Shown piece by piece: positions 25,944 to 39,200 of a stretch of 64,000 nucleotides of DNA; position 1 is the stretch's first letter; each line of letters begins with the position of its first letter. This DNA is from Mytilus trossulus (taxonomy: Eukaryota), in NCBI RefSeq assembly GCF_036588685.1, contig NC_086383.1, positions 38,068,001-38,132,000 on the forward strand, read 5' to 3'. The notes beneath the pieces were generated by a model that saw only the letters and a list, made by a program, of their open reading frames with translations, was not told where the DNA came from and made no database searches. The position numbers and the translations under genes were made by a program.

Positions 25944-27310
25944 TTTTTGTTAAGTTGTTTGTTCAATTTGCTGACTTCAACCATCTGTAATAGACAATTT
26001 GTTCCATATAAAAAATATGAAAGAAAGTAATTATACCTTTGCATTATTAAGATACAAAGATATAAAATATATAACTACTCGATATGACTACCGATCGCAA
26101 GATTCGTCATTTAGTTTCATTGCTCTCTTCATCAAAGGTCCGTATTGTCCAAATTTGATGTTGATTTGGTAGCATGTACAGTTTTTCTTGTTTTGCCTCA
26201 AATATATTTCGTGCTCATATCAGTGTTAAGCTACATTCTTCCAAAGTGTACAAGTTTCTCAAATAGTGTCTTAGTCCCTCCTAATGAAAGCTCAAATATT
26301 GGACGTATCAAAAAATCAACGTTGCAATTTGCATAAAAAGCCCTAAAAAAAGACAGAGTGAAACAGAAAATGTCTAAGTGATTTGTAATGATGTTGTAGA
26401 ATAAAGAGAACAGTCCAGCAGTTTCTTACACGTAATTATAATAAGAAAGCAACTAATACAATTTAAATAAAATACAAAAAACTTTTTTGGGGAATTCGAT
26501 TGGAGAAAACAAACATTCATTTCTATAAGTACAGATAGATACATCAAACATATCATAACTAAAATAGATTGTTATATTCGTATGAAGTTACTTAAAACAT
26601 TAGCATAACATTGAAATATTCTGATTTTCATGAGGTGTCTCGTTTTCGTGGTTGATTGCTTTGTGAAGATTTTAACTGAGCTAAACTTGATTTGACTTCT
26701 ACTTTATTATCATTAATACAATGTTATTGATAAGAACATTGATTCATTGGAGATTTAGGTATATAAAGAATATGCAAATATTTTACATTGAAGAACAATA
26801 TGTAAGTGCGACATAGCAAAACATTAAGTACTAGTTCGTTTGTCGGTTGTCGTCACGAGTTTTAACAGTAGGGCATAGGATGTTTTCCTAAAATTATCAC
26901 CCTCCGGTGTCATTTTGAGATACTAATTATCGTATATAAAACACCATTACGCTTTTATAAATGTTGAAAAACGAAACAGGAACGTGCACAGAGTGCAAAA
27001 TTTAAGGGAGTTGGCTTTACAGTTTTCAAATATAAGTTTTTCAAAGAACTAGCTTTATTGATAGGATATTAATAAAGAAATCAAAAGATACAAAAACATA
27101 TATACATTGTAGGTAACCGTGCTCGTTGACAAGTGTGAGTCCTCAAAAACTATTAAAAATAATTAAAATTTATCATTACACATGTAAAATAATTATAAAA
27201 AGAAAATTTGGGGTATCCTGGCATAATTTGTTAGGCATCAAATTGAACAAAACCAGAGGATTCTGAAAATCTGATCAAATTTCCAAAAAACCTAGACAAG
27301 CGAGCTTCCT

Positions 27311-27960
27311 TAATAGACGTTTCTAATAGTATAGAAAAACACATTAATTTTCTAATTGATTTAAAATTTGTTTCCTTTTTTGTGGAAAAAGTATGGGAAA
27401 CATTCCCCTAAATTCATTTCATACTTTTTAATCTAAAAAAAATACATTTGCTGAAATCAGAGTACAACAGTAAGATATATGTATAATTCGGCTTCTTGGT
27501 CGGTTTGTTGGTTCTTTGACACATTCCCCATTGCCATTCTTTTATTTTTGATTTAAAAAGTTAAGCTGATCTTCCTTTTTAAGACGCATGTTCTATGTTG
27601 TCCTTGTATATAAGCTATGTTTAAAGCCGTCATCAATCTCGAATATCAGAATATAAAACGAAACGGAAAAGTGCGCGGAAAGTTGAATTTAATAGACGTT
27701 TGTAATAATAAAGACAAAGCGTATCTATTATTGATTTACTTTCTTGTTTAGTGGAAATGGTACGGGATAAATTCCCTTAATTTTGTTTTGCACTTTTTTT
27801 CATTTTAAATAAAAACTCATTTACTGAAATCATAGTATCGAAGATATTTATGTATATTTCTTTGGTCTTTTGCCACATTATCCATTGTCATTCATTTTTT
27901 TTAAAGTATTATAGCTTACCTTCCTTATTCAGACGCATAACTATGGGTCAAACCGCAATT
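27311..27960. repeat. old tandem duplication, ~380-bp offset
   Basis: TAATAGACGTTT...GTGGAAA..GTA.GGGA..ATTCCC...CTGAAATCA.AGTA...ACATT..CCATTG.CATTC...CTTCCTT...AGACGCAT occurs at 27311-27590 and 27690-27940. Confidence 0.7.
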
Positions 27961-29042
27961 TGACAGACTTATAGTGAACCATGAACAATAAGTTTAAACA
28001 AATAAAGTAGAAAGAAGTTAAGCTTCATAAATCGACTTACCGAATTTACGTGTCTATTCATTGTGACTTTTTCTTTGAAATGTTCACACCTTTGATAATT
28101 CAGGTGCTGTCATTTGAAAAGGTCTGTTAATATTGTTGCTTTCAAATTGCTCTGTTATAAACTAAGTTATTTGTTTCCTGAATAAAATTATTTCATATTT
28201 TTTGTGTCGGTTTGTTATAAACCCTGTTATTTCATAATTCTTAAGATCGTCTCTTAAACATGTTAAATCACGGATATATTACCATCGCAACATGGTAAAT
28301 GCATTTTAAAATAACATGTTTACATGGCAGATTGATAAAAATAATATTTACCTAATATTTACCTGAATTGCAAGTTGTTATTATAACAAAATGGACGTTC
28401 AGACATAATAACCAGTGAGGAAAGATAACGTAACTAATAAACAAGTCACAGTTACCTGTATGAAAAATTAACGTTTTAAAAGATAATATCATAAATAGTG
28501 TACTATAGATATAGGAAGATGTGGTGTGAATGTAAACTTGTTTGTTCATTGTGACATGATGATTACTCTTACAACTGAATACGCAGATGTTTTTGTTTGT
28601 TCTTGGTGACGATATTGTGTTTCGTTTGATCGTTCAAACAAGTTATTACATTGTATAAAGGTTTGGACATATATCATTTTATCAGTCATAGTTATGATTG
28701 GTACATCTATCGTTGCAGGTAATTGACCTTTGGAGCGATACGCACTGTTACAAGTGTGTACACTATATATACAAATAAGAATAGAAATGGATAATGTGTA
28801 CAATACAACAACCCGACACAAAAGAGCGAGCAACAGCCAATGACAACCAATATAATTTGTTGTATTAGTGTGCAGTGGGACCAATATCAAACACTTTATT
28901 ATCGACTACCATTAATCACACACTAGTATCAACACATGTTAGAAAATATTAAAAGAATGTTCTAGTAAATTCATATTTTTTTTTACTCTTTGCAATTCTT
29001 TTTAAAAAGCATCCGTTTTTTTGTTTACACGTAACATTGTTC

Positions 29043-29290
29043 TTTAACTTTACCTTCCGCTATATATTAATGATGTTCTCTCAATACATTATTTCAAATT
29101 TAATGATTATGATGAACGCATCTATACCATCGAACTTAAAATAAAGGACACAACAGATACAGTTTCTTATGCCTCATATCTTGACTTACATCTAGAGCTT
29201 AACTATGAAGGTCGGTTGAAAACAACTATTTCCAACACAATAGATAATTTTAGTTTCCCGAATTCTAGTAGCGCCTACATACGATGTATG
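29043..29290 (+). pseudogene. Penelope-like element reverse-transcriptase fragment (decayed)
   Basis: With one frameshift reads FNFTFRY-INDVLSI...FNDYDERIYTIELKIKDTTDTVSYASYLDLHLEL...GRLKT...DNFSFP, the PLE RT region FRYIDD...IYP.EL.IK.T......SYLDL; YIDD is mutated to YIND. Confidence 0.85.
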
Positions 29291-29295
29291 TGTAC

Positions 29296-29612
29296 ACGAC
29301 CATATGAGTATTTGGACTATACGCGTATGACTATGACAATATTCGAATATTCAAATAGTCTGACCATATGAGTATATTATCGTTCATTTATTACTGGGTC
29401 GGACCACATGAGTATTGGACCATAATGGTTTTTTTTAAATATTAATTGGAACCATTTCAATAATACCATACAATTCAAAGTATTTTAGTGACGTGAAAAC
29501 TAGGAGGATCATACCTTATGAAGAGTTAAATATTACCTGTACACGTGTTAATTACCCTGACCACACGTGTACGGTCGGATTATATGCGAATATGTCAGAT
29601 CATATAAGTATA
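29296..29612. mobile_element. degenerate copy of the same CCATATGAGTA MITE family, inserted in a Penelope remnant
   Basis: Repeated GACCATATGAGTA / ATACGCGTATG motifs. Confidence 0.65.
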
Positions 29613-29617
29613 TACCC

Positions 29618-29805
29618 AAACCCCTTTTTATGAATGTGACCAAATGAATTAGACTTGTTACTGGGTTGATAATAACATGAGCAATACAACTGGTGCAACA
29701 CATTAGGTAGAATCTTCGCATCCTTTTATAATACCGGATATCACCTCACGTTTTGGTGTAGTTCGTCTAGGTAAGTTTTTAGTTGACCATGATGTGTTTT
29801 GTTAA
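29618..29805 (+). mobile_element. probable non-coding 3' part of the Penelope-derived element
   Basis: GAATGTGACC...GAATTAGACT...AATAACATGAGCAA..ACAACTGGTGC resembles, from memory, sequence that follows such RT fragments in mussel DNA; not checked against a library. Confidence 0.45.
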
Positions 29806-30368
29806 CTATTGAACCACAGACCAGTATCTCTATCACTTCTTTATAACGTTTCTTTACATACAAAAAACACCGCGGATTTGATTTTTTTTGGTATGGGCAG
29901 GTTATACAGTTATCCATAAAACATGCATATTGATATGTACAAGTCAAGTTAGGTTCCGATAACTATACGTTCTACCTATTTGTATCCGGCCTTATCACTC
30001 AATTCCACTTCTAAAAAAAATCATCTACAAATGTATTTAAACTCTTTTCTTTCAATTCCAACCTATCAACGCAAACAAAAGAATCAACAAGGAAAAGAAC
30101 AAAAATAAAGAACAAAGACACTTTGATAACAAGGAACTATATTCGTTATATATGTTATGGGACCATTGATTGTTTATAAGTCTTTTTCCTTTTATCAGTC
30201 ATGGCATAATCTATTGATAGTCGAATAATGATTTTGGATAGTTCTCTGCTATATGTTGCTTCTAATTTTTTAACGGATAACAAGTTATAATACGAAGTAT
30301 TTGAACCCGGCTTAAAAACGAGAGGTAAATTTGATCCAAAACATTCCCAATAAGCAGTCCTCAGAAAT

Positions 30369-30530
30369 AAGCATTACTTTTTTGTAGTTTTAACATGTGT
30401 ATGCATTATATTCGTGATGATTTAGCCAGACGGATAGTTATGGCTTAATTATCACGAATATAATGCCTATCCAGGTTAAAACTACAATAAAGTAAAGCTT
30501 GCATAAATTATTTCGATTCTGATTAGACAA
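30369..30530. mobile_element. ~130-nt terminal hairpin (Crypton-like element end, tentative)
   Basis: Arms TTGTAGTTTTAAC..GCATTATATTCGTGAT and ATCACGAATATAATGC..GTTAAAACTACAA, followed by TTATTTCGATTCTGATT. Confidence 0.5.
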
Positions 30531-31264
30531 TTAAGGTTATTTCTATGTCCATAATGTCCGATGTGCATAAGTGTAGCGCGTTTGTGTAGGGTCTTCTATG
30601 ACCCTCCTGTTTTGTTGTAAACCACAAACTACTGGCATTGCAATTGTTTTAGAAGGCAGGAGTTTTGAAAAGGTAGCATACATGGTTGTCGTATCTAGAT
30701 CAAATATGTTAATTTGAAATTGCAACACATTTCAGTCATAATAAATAAACGATCAACAACATGTTCATCATTTGAGAGTTTGGAAACGTTTCAAGATGAT
30801 GAAATATATCAAGTGCACGACTATTTGATAAAATTTATAAGAAGTCAATATCCGCATGTGCAAACACATTTTATTGGATTTAGGGCATGGGTTTATTTAC
30901 AAATCAAAACAAGCACGTCATATTACTTGATTTAAAATGCCGAAGTTATTTAAATACATCTCGATATTTATATTCAAAATCATAGTAAGTGTCTTTTACT
31001 GGTATTTCGACTTTCTCTACACTTATGGCCAATTTTCAATAAAATTGTAAATTTTTGTCCCAGTCACTTTTAAAAAAATGTGTTTCATATTTACAAGCAT
31101 ATTTTTGTGCAGTCAGTGCATTGAATAATATTACGCATTGCAGAAAAAGAGAAATAATTTCAAAAGGTGTGTCCCTGACGTTCCTGACAAAATGTACACT
31201 AGAATTAATCATTAAATTTTGCTATAAACAGTTTTATTAAATCAAGGTTTAAATGAGATGTATA

Positions 31265-32199
31265 TTTTCCGGACCATATGAGTATTTGAACCATACGCGT
31301 ATGGTCATGACCATATGCGTATACTCATATGGTCCGACCATATGAGTATAATACTCGTTTGGTTATGAACGGGCCGGACCATATGAGCATTTGGACCATT
31401 TAGGTATTTTTCATCAAATTACATTATAAACGTATCAATTCAAAAACTATCTAAAAAAGGAAGTATTGTTACTTGACAATGTATTAATTTTATAATTCAA
31501 TGACTACGTACAGATAAAATATTGATGCCCTAGTTAGATTTCATCGCTAATATATTCTTGCATGTAGGCTTGAGGTGACAGTTACTTACACACGGTATCA
31601 TAGCTTTTTTGCATTTACTATTCCTTGTTCTGCACGGTCCTTTTTATTTACATCTTTCGTTTGCGAATGCAAAGTTAGACTTTTTGCAGCTGCGGACATG
31701 TGATACCGAGGTCTTGGGCCATTCCGATCTATCGAAGATGTTTTAAGAAGCTCTAAATCTCAAATATCGTAACACGACTGCAATACACCATATTCACAAA
31801 AAAACTTAAATATAATTCGTTACTTTCAAATGACTTCTTGTGTAACAGTTCATTAGGAAATTTTGGGAAATATTTATTTAAATCGACATATTGCCATTCA
31901 CTCGTAATAACAAATCGGCAATGACCATCGGCAATAACCATTGGGTGTATAATGTGTTTATTATAGTTTTGATAAGTAAATACAATTAACTATTTGAAAC
32001 TTTTATTTTTTTTAGCTAATCTTTTTGTTATGATTACATAAATGAATATAAAATTACCTATATGATAGCGTCTTTTTAATGAACAGTCATACCATATAAA
32101 CAGTTGAGACGTATTTAAAGTAAACTGAAACAGAGTGTTAATTACTCATATGGTCATGAACATACGCGTATGGTCCAAATACTCATATGGTCCGGAACA
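31265..32199. mobile_element. MITE/foldback element with ~55-bp TIRs made of CCATATGAGTA / CCATACGCGTATGG motifs
   Basis: TTCCGGACCATATGAGTATTTGAACCATACGCGTATGG left, near-perfect inverse at 32143-32199; TATA on both flanks. Confidence 0.85.
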
Positions 32200-35100
32200 T
32201 ATACACAAGGGTCTTACAATAAAAGTTATGCTTTTATAACAGCTATTTAATTGTTAGCCCAAAAAAATATTGAGCACATTAAATATACCAGAGTGATACC
32301 GTATTTTTTCAATGGCCACTACAAAACGGGTCAAATCTTCTTCAGTATCTGGTTTTAAAATTATAATAGAAATAGTATTGTACAGCTTAGTATGTGCTAC
32401 GATGAATACAATTGTGTGTGTTACTATTGCAATATAGGTATTGTGGGGAAACATAAAACATGTAAACATGTCCACTACGTAATAGTCAACTACGAAACAG
32501 GTTTGGGAGAAAAACGCTCCGTAATGGACACTATCACTACATTGAAGTCATTGTTTCTTTCTTCTTAATCATATTCGGGCAAAAATAACATGGGTTAGTT
32601 TCAAGTAATCTTCAGTATGTTTTAATCAACACAGAATCGGGTTGATGTCAACTACAAACCTTTTATCCACTACGTAACTGGTTTGTCAATTATCAAACTC
32701 ATCAAAATGTCCACTAAGTAACATGAGTTATTCCTTTACATGTAAGGACTGTTTAATCTTAATCGATAAAAAAATGGTTCTCGAATTCAGAAAACAAAAT
32801 CTCTCCGGTACCTTTACCAAAACAAACTGGAATGTCAATGAAAATGCCTTAAGATGTGTGTTTGGAAGCAGTATCGCAGTGGACAAATGCCCCGCACGAA
32901 ACAGTACATAAGTTATGAAAAACATAATTTTGCACTTTTAGTTTACAAACAGATCTACAATAGAAGAATTCAAAATAACTCTTTGGTTTGAATTTATTGA
33001 AAAATGCCCATATATAACTAGACGAAGTAAAGGGTGTTGAATTTGGTGTAACACAAAAAAGCGATTTAAATAAAAAAATAAACGTGTATCAATAAACTGA
33101 TGTGTACTGTTTTTTCAAAATATCTAGCCATTAGCTAACTAATTGTGTACTTCAAATTTCTGCTGTTTACCCTCGGTAAATAATTCTAATTTGGCTAAGA
33201 ACGTTCAAATTTACCGTCATTTTGTAAGCAACGATAACATGGATACACAAATACGTATCCAATCATCTGTGTATGTATAAACATAATCTGACCTCTTTGT
33301 TAATACTTTACAGGTAACATTTAGCTGATTTAAAGATTTATAGTTCTTTGTATATTTCTTAAATTTGCCTTCAACATGTTCAAATGAAGCATGATTAATA
33401 AAGAATTAAATTACATACAGTGTCACGTGGGTTAGTTCATATAGGTCATTCGACATTGAACGAACTTCCAAATCAATTTCAAAATTATTGGAACTCGCAA
33501 TAAGATCTACTGACGAATGTCTTAAATGGTTGTCTATTAAATTTATAACATAGTTCATATTAAGTGTAAATCATTAAAACAATTGAAACAATCGTCAAAA
33601 TACGATCCACGTTAATCAGACTCACCAGAAGAGTTATTAATAAAAGCAGATTAAAATCGAGAACATCCATAAAGAGGCAATCAAATTTTAACAACTGAGA
33701 TCGAAACACAGAATATTCAGTTTTAAAAAAAAAAGAATAAAATGTATGTCATATACCGCAAGTAAATCAATGTTATTTCTGATAAAAGAAACCACTCAAA
33801 CTAAGAAACAGAAATACATGAAGGTTAGGCAATAACAAAAATTGCAAATGTTAACAAACGTAGTAAAAGTAGACAATTGTTTAACACTCAGGAAATATAC
33901 CTTTATATGAAAAGAAAAAAAACATTTAAAACCTTACGGTAAACTTACATTTAAAAGTTATAAAAATGCTACTTATATGGTAAAATGTTTTAGCCCAAAA
34001 ATGAATGAAAAGCCTACTAAAAAAAAATGTATAAAATGAAATATATACAAATTTATAACAACAGCTGTATATATGGAAAATATTTTAACAATGTGATGCA
34101 ACAAATGCATACTAGTGTAAAACCAACTGTTTACAAATGTGCTAAAATGTAACATGTGTAATTGCGTCTTATGTAAAATTCGACGCATTTTGAGTTGTAA
34201 TATGATATAAATAAGGCAGCAGAAAATGTAACCAGTTCAGAGCACTTCATATTAGCTTGGATTTACGGCGTTTTGATTTTTCTGTTTTGAGTTTTCATTT
34301 CTTGCAGGGTGTTTACTGTTTAATTTTTTTAATCTGTTTTTTGTTGTTTTTTTTTTAGTACGTTGCTCATTTTTATTTCTGTTTTAGTCGTTTAAATCTT
34401 AAATTTTGAATACAAAATCTTTCTTTTCAATTAGTAAACAGAATTATTGTTTAACCATGTCATCTTTCATTGATTACAGCCTTTTTCAAATTAAGGGGAA
34501 TAAATAGTGCTGCAAGAAGATGAACATTGATGACACGATCAACTATTTAGTACTCTACAGACGTTTTAACCCTTTGATATCTTATTAAGATTATTGTTCG
34601 ACTAACCTGTCAATAATAATTTATACAAGATTAGACACCCCTTTTAAATAGACTCTGTCTAGACTTCTAAATTAAAGTATGTCTTTGTTTTCAACAACTA
34701 AACGCTATATAAAGGAAAAACTAGTTTAATAAATGTAACACATCGGGCCATCGTATATAATTGTTACCCTTTCGACAGAAATTGGCAAAAGCAACATTTA
34801 AATGGCAAAATTCACTACGACCAATTACATACTAGTCAATACACGATAGTGATATAACATATTTGTTTTCACCACAACATGTTAATTAAGTCGAAAGTTT
34901 GCTCTAGGGAAAGACATGTTCTCTGTCATTTTTATAGCTTGAATTATAACACATCAGATGACAATTTTTGAATGACTTTTTTTTTACTTCCACCTTTCCA
35001 GCAAAGCTGTTCATATTGAGATCATTAGATGTCGGAAAGCTTTATCGTATATCAAATAAATACAATTTTCGCTTTGTAAGCACACATTCAATCAACTCAT

Positions 35101-37582
35101 CGAACTGTCTGACTTGTAAGATTTCAAATGTGCGGATCCCTCCTTGAAATAAGATTAAAGTAAACAAAAATAAAACTTAGATGACATTTTATAAAAAAAA
35201 GGTTTTGTCAATTCATTTAAAGTTTGTCTTTATCGAGTAAAGTTTCTGGTGTCTTCCGTCCTCCTTTTCCGAAAGGTATTTGTAAAATACGAGTTTACCT
35301 TTAAGACAGAAGCTTATTTCAATTGCATTATATATTTTCATTTATATAACATGCATTACACGTGATGTGTAGATACTCAGATTCTGAATTCTATGTTAGA
35401 TTTCTTAAAACGTAATCACTTATCATCATAATCATGATAATAGCCTAAAATTCAAACATGCTGTGTTAATACTATAGTATTTGAAGGAAATGATACGTTT
35501 CAACGTCTATCAGAAGGATTTAATAGATATGACAAATGCAATTTTTACTTGATCTCATACTTTGATATTAAGGAATCAGATTGTCTATACACATGAAACT
35601 GCATGGTTTATGTTTTTAAATTATGATGTTAATGAAGTATATGAAAGTCATAATGTCGAATTTGTTATCTTTAAAGACGTGCATCGTTTGTTAACATATT
35701 TTAAGTCCGATATTTGTTTTATACTTCCTTTAAGCTTAATCTTCCCGCGCGCTTTAAATCGTATACTGTGAACAGTTTCTATAACTTATAGGTGTTGTGT
35801 TCTGTCCTTATAAAATTATGTATGAAATGTTGTATACATCATCAAACTATCTGACAATTCACAGATGCATTATACATAAATTGGTGTAAGTAAGTTAAAT
35901 CATTATCAATTTGATGGAATTCAGAATTTGTCTTTGTCAAATGATAGAAAATACAGATTTGACAGCAAGTCTGTTAAACTCAGTCAAATGTGTTTAGTCA
36001 TGAACAGTGACTTTTTTAATAAATATGTAGAGACATTTGGCTAAAGGTTAGATTATGTTGATATTACATGTATATCTTAGTTTAATTTACGATGGTGTTC
36101 ACTTTATCTTTCTCGTAAACATTTCTATGCAGATAGTGTCGTATTGCATGTGTTAAGAATGTTTTGCTTCTGTATTATTAGATACCAGTTTATCTGATCA
36201 TTAAGTTTTATGTCGCTCACCTTCATGTCTATGTTTCAACACATTATGTTTGAATGTGCTTCATTCCATTTGTGAAAAAGTAAAATATATAAACTGTAGT
36301 TTTTTTTATCATGTGTGTGATATTAAAATAGTATCTCAAGACAAACTGTTCTTCATTAAGTGTAGTCATTTCAATTTTCTAATGGTAGATACACTAGCAA
36401 AATAAATCTGTTCAAATGCATATAAAAATTAATATAGCAAGTAAACTACGGTTACGCTTCTGATTTTCGGCCTTTTTAGTCCGAAAGTTTTAAAAGCAGA
36501 AAATGTGCATTTGTTTACGAACGAAAGCCAAAAATATTGTTCAATCCAAAATCATATGGATAAACTATTGATTCGACATAGGAAATGCATATTGGCATTT
36601 TATTTAAAGGACAAGACTTAGTATAATCTTAATGTAATGAATGATGTCATGAGAAGGCAACATGACCGCTCGTCAAATAAGCAAAGAACCCCTAATTTTT
36701 ATCATATGTTAAAACCGAAGGATTTATTATTAAGTACACACATTTAAGTTTGAATAACTGCTATTGGTATACACAATAGATTGTAATCGGCACACAAACT
36801 CGTTCGGAAGATTTCAAGTTTAAGACAGTCAAAATACTATGTTGCTTTTAATTGGGTTTTGAGGTAGGTTTCCATTGAACCTTAGTAATACATATCTAAA
36901 TCATTCACATAGTAGAAGTAATGCGTTGTTTTGTATAGATTTTATGAAGTGCAATCCATATATGTATGTTCTAATTGCTTGTCTCAAATCAAGGTTACAA
37001 TCAATGCTCGTGCATTCTGGTACTTTATCAAAAAATCGGAGACATAATTTTCAACTTCTTACACCTTTATCGTTAGTTTGTTTTACGTCTTAGTTTTTCG
37101 TATATCTTTTTTTTAATTCTTGACATTTTGAAATTGATTAGAAGCTGTTTGTCAGTAGTTTTTGAAGAATAATGATACACCATTTAATCAAATTGATGAA
37201 CACATTTGATCAATTAAAGCAAGGTTAAAGTTTTTTTTTATTTTTACCTACATCTAATTGGTGATTCAGACACAAAAACTTCATTTCATGAAATAGAACA
37301 ATTGTCGTAGGACTTTATTTTCTGATGTTTAGTGTACTTTAGATATGTTCTTCACATGATATCATATTTCATATAAAGTTCTAAGTGTATTGTATTGATA
37401 CGTGTTCAGAATTATATACACCTTTCAGCACAAACTAATTAGAGTTGAAGTTTTCTTTATAACAACCATACATACAGACAATTTATGTGCACTTTAAATG
37501 AAACATTGAAATATTAAAAATTAAATGATTTAACATATTTGATCACTATAAGATAGATTCTAAAGACAAATCACATCTTTAC

Positions 37583-37601
37583 GTGTGTGTGTGTGTGTGT
37601 G
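37583..37601. repeat. (GT)n microsatellite
   Basis: Direct reading. Confidence 0.9.
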
Positions 37602-37691
37602 CGTTTGTCAGTCGTGTCAACTGGGGACACACACGTGTAGGAAACCCTTCAATTGGGGACACATATCAAACGGGGACGTCCCCAATTGTCA

Positions 37692-39200
37692 AAGTGCTGT
37701 AAATCGATTTTTTTGGCGTCCTTTTCTATCAGAAACAAATTTTCTTTCAAAAACAATTTTAAAAACATTTGTCCTCAATTCAACTATTTCAACCGGACAT
37801 AGTTTGTGTGACGGCTTACATGTTGGTAACTTGCAAAGCGCGGACGTGATACACTCGGTCCCCGTTTGCACCATTTTATTCATATCATGTGACCAAGACC
37901 AAAATGGCGACCCATTAACTAGCAGCGAGGTAAAGTTTATTTGTGTTGCACTATTGCATGTATTATCATGGGCGGATCAATGGTTTTAGATTAGGGGACC
38001 TAACCACTTAAATTAGAATGAGATGCTTTCAAAGATATTTTTATTTTAATGGGATCCTTTGTAATATGGAATTACGGGTTGGGGCCTTTTTGACCTGTCA
38101 ACGTATATTTGTATATAATAATAATGATACAAAATAATAAACTAACCTTTTGTTTGAACCAGTATTTCTATCTTTCATTAAGGAAGCACCCATTAGATTT
38201 CCTGGGGGAGGGGGGGTATGGATTTTTTTCTTGACAAACTTTTTTTTTTGCCTTTGGCTATTTTTTGGCCACAAGTTGAACACAATTTTTTTCTTTCAAT
38301 TTTAGCATTACATATAGCATGTATAGTGGCAGCTGAGGGTGAAACAAACAATATTTTTTTTCTCCAATAACTGGAAACAAACTTTGTTAGTAATCATGTT
38401 GATTCTGTTAAACTTACTGTTTTATATAATTCTTTGAATGTTAACAGACAAATGACAGATGTAATGCGACAACATTAATTTTTCGTCGTCTGCTCAGATA
38501 CTTTATTGAGCTGACATGGCTGAAGACAACCAATGCTTTGCGAATTTTAGAGCCCTCGCCCGCCAACCCCCGCCTTAATCTACCCCTGATTATCCATCTA
38601 TGATGTCTTTTCAAAGATTTACAGGTTATGTAAAATGCCTCGTATGGAGAATGGGTCCAGGAACAGATTCATACCGTCAGTTTCCATTTAACGTAATAAT
38701 TCTAATCTTTAATATATTGTATAACATGGTAAATGTTGGCTTTGCGGAAAATATATTATGTATATATACAAGTTGCAATTGATGCCAGGGTATTAATTAG
38801 CGTACCAGCTCATTAGCCATTTGCAAATAATTTCTAAGCCGTCATGTTAAAATCATGTTTTCGGGACAAATAAGTGTCCTTGTGATATTAATCAATTTTC
38901 AAATACTCTGTGAAATTATGGTACCATTGCTTTGCTAAGTGCTGTACGGTTAATAGATTTGTTTGGGGTCCTCTTCTATCAGTGACAAATTTCTAACAAA
39001 AACAATAATTTAAATAATTGTCCTCAGTTTAACTATTTCAACCGGACATACATATAGTTTGTGTAACGGCTTCCATGTTTGAAACAAGCAAACCGTAGAC
39101 AGGCCACACTCAGTCCGCATTTGCACCATCTTATACATATCACTTGACTGAACCATACATGTAATGGCGACCTGTCTGCATGAAAATAACAGTGGTGAGG
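37692..39200 (+). repeat. diverged direct duplication (37692-37935 vs 38937-39200)
   Basis: Shared blocks AAGTGCTGTA, TTGTCCTCA.TT.AACTATTTCAACCGGACATA, AGTTTGTGT.ACGGCTT.CATGTT, TTTGCACCAT.TTAT.CATATCA and AATGGCGACC. Confidence 0.75.
37967..38588. mobile_element. MITE with CATGGGCGGAT-type TIR and 5-bp TSD, probably with a nested insertion from ~38178
   Basis: CATGGGCGGAT...ATCTACCCCTG; ATTAT duplicated at 37962-66 and 38589-93. Confidence 0.6.

Noticed and set aside
25820-26044. 74-aa ORF overlapping exon A
   Set aside because: Alternative frame of the NHR exon with no recognisable similarity.
27969-28028. Signal-peptide-like MKLNFFLLYLFKLIVHGSL on the minus strand
   Set aside because: Ends in TAA with no donor and lies in a pyrimidine-rich stretch just after a GTAAGT donor, so it is probably intron.
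37585-37989. Longest ORF in the window (134 aa)
   Set aside because: Starts at GTG inside a (GT)n microsatellite, runs into a MITE, and the frame is not kept in the duplicate at 38937-39200.
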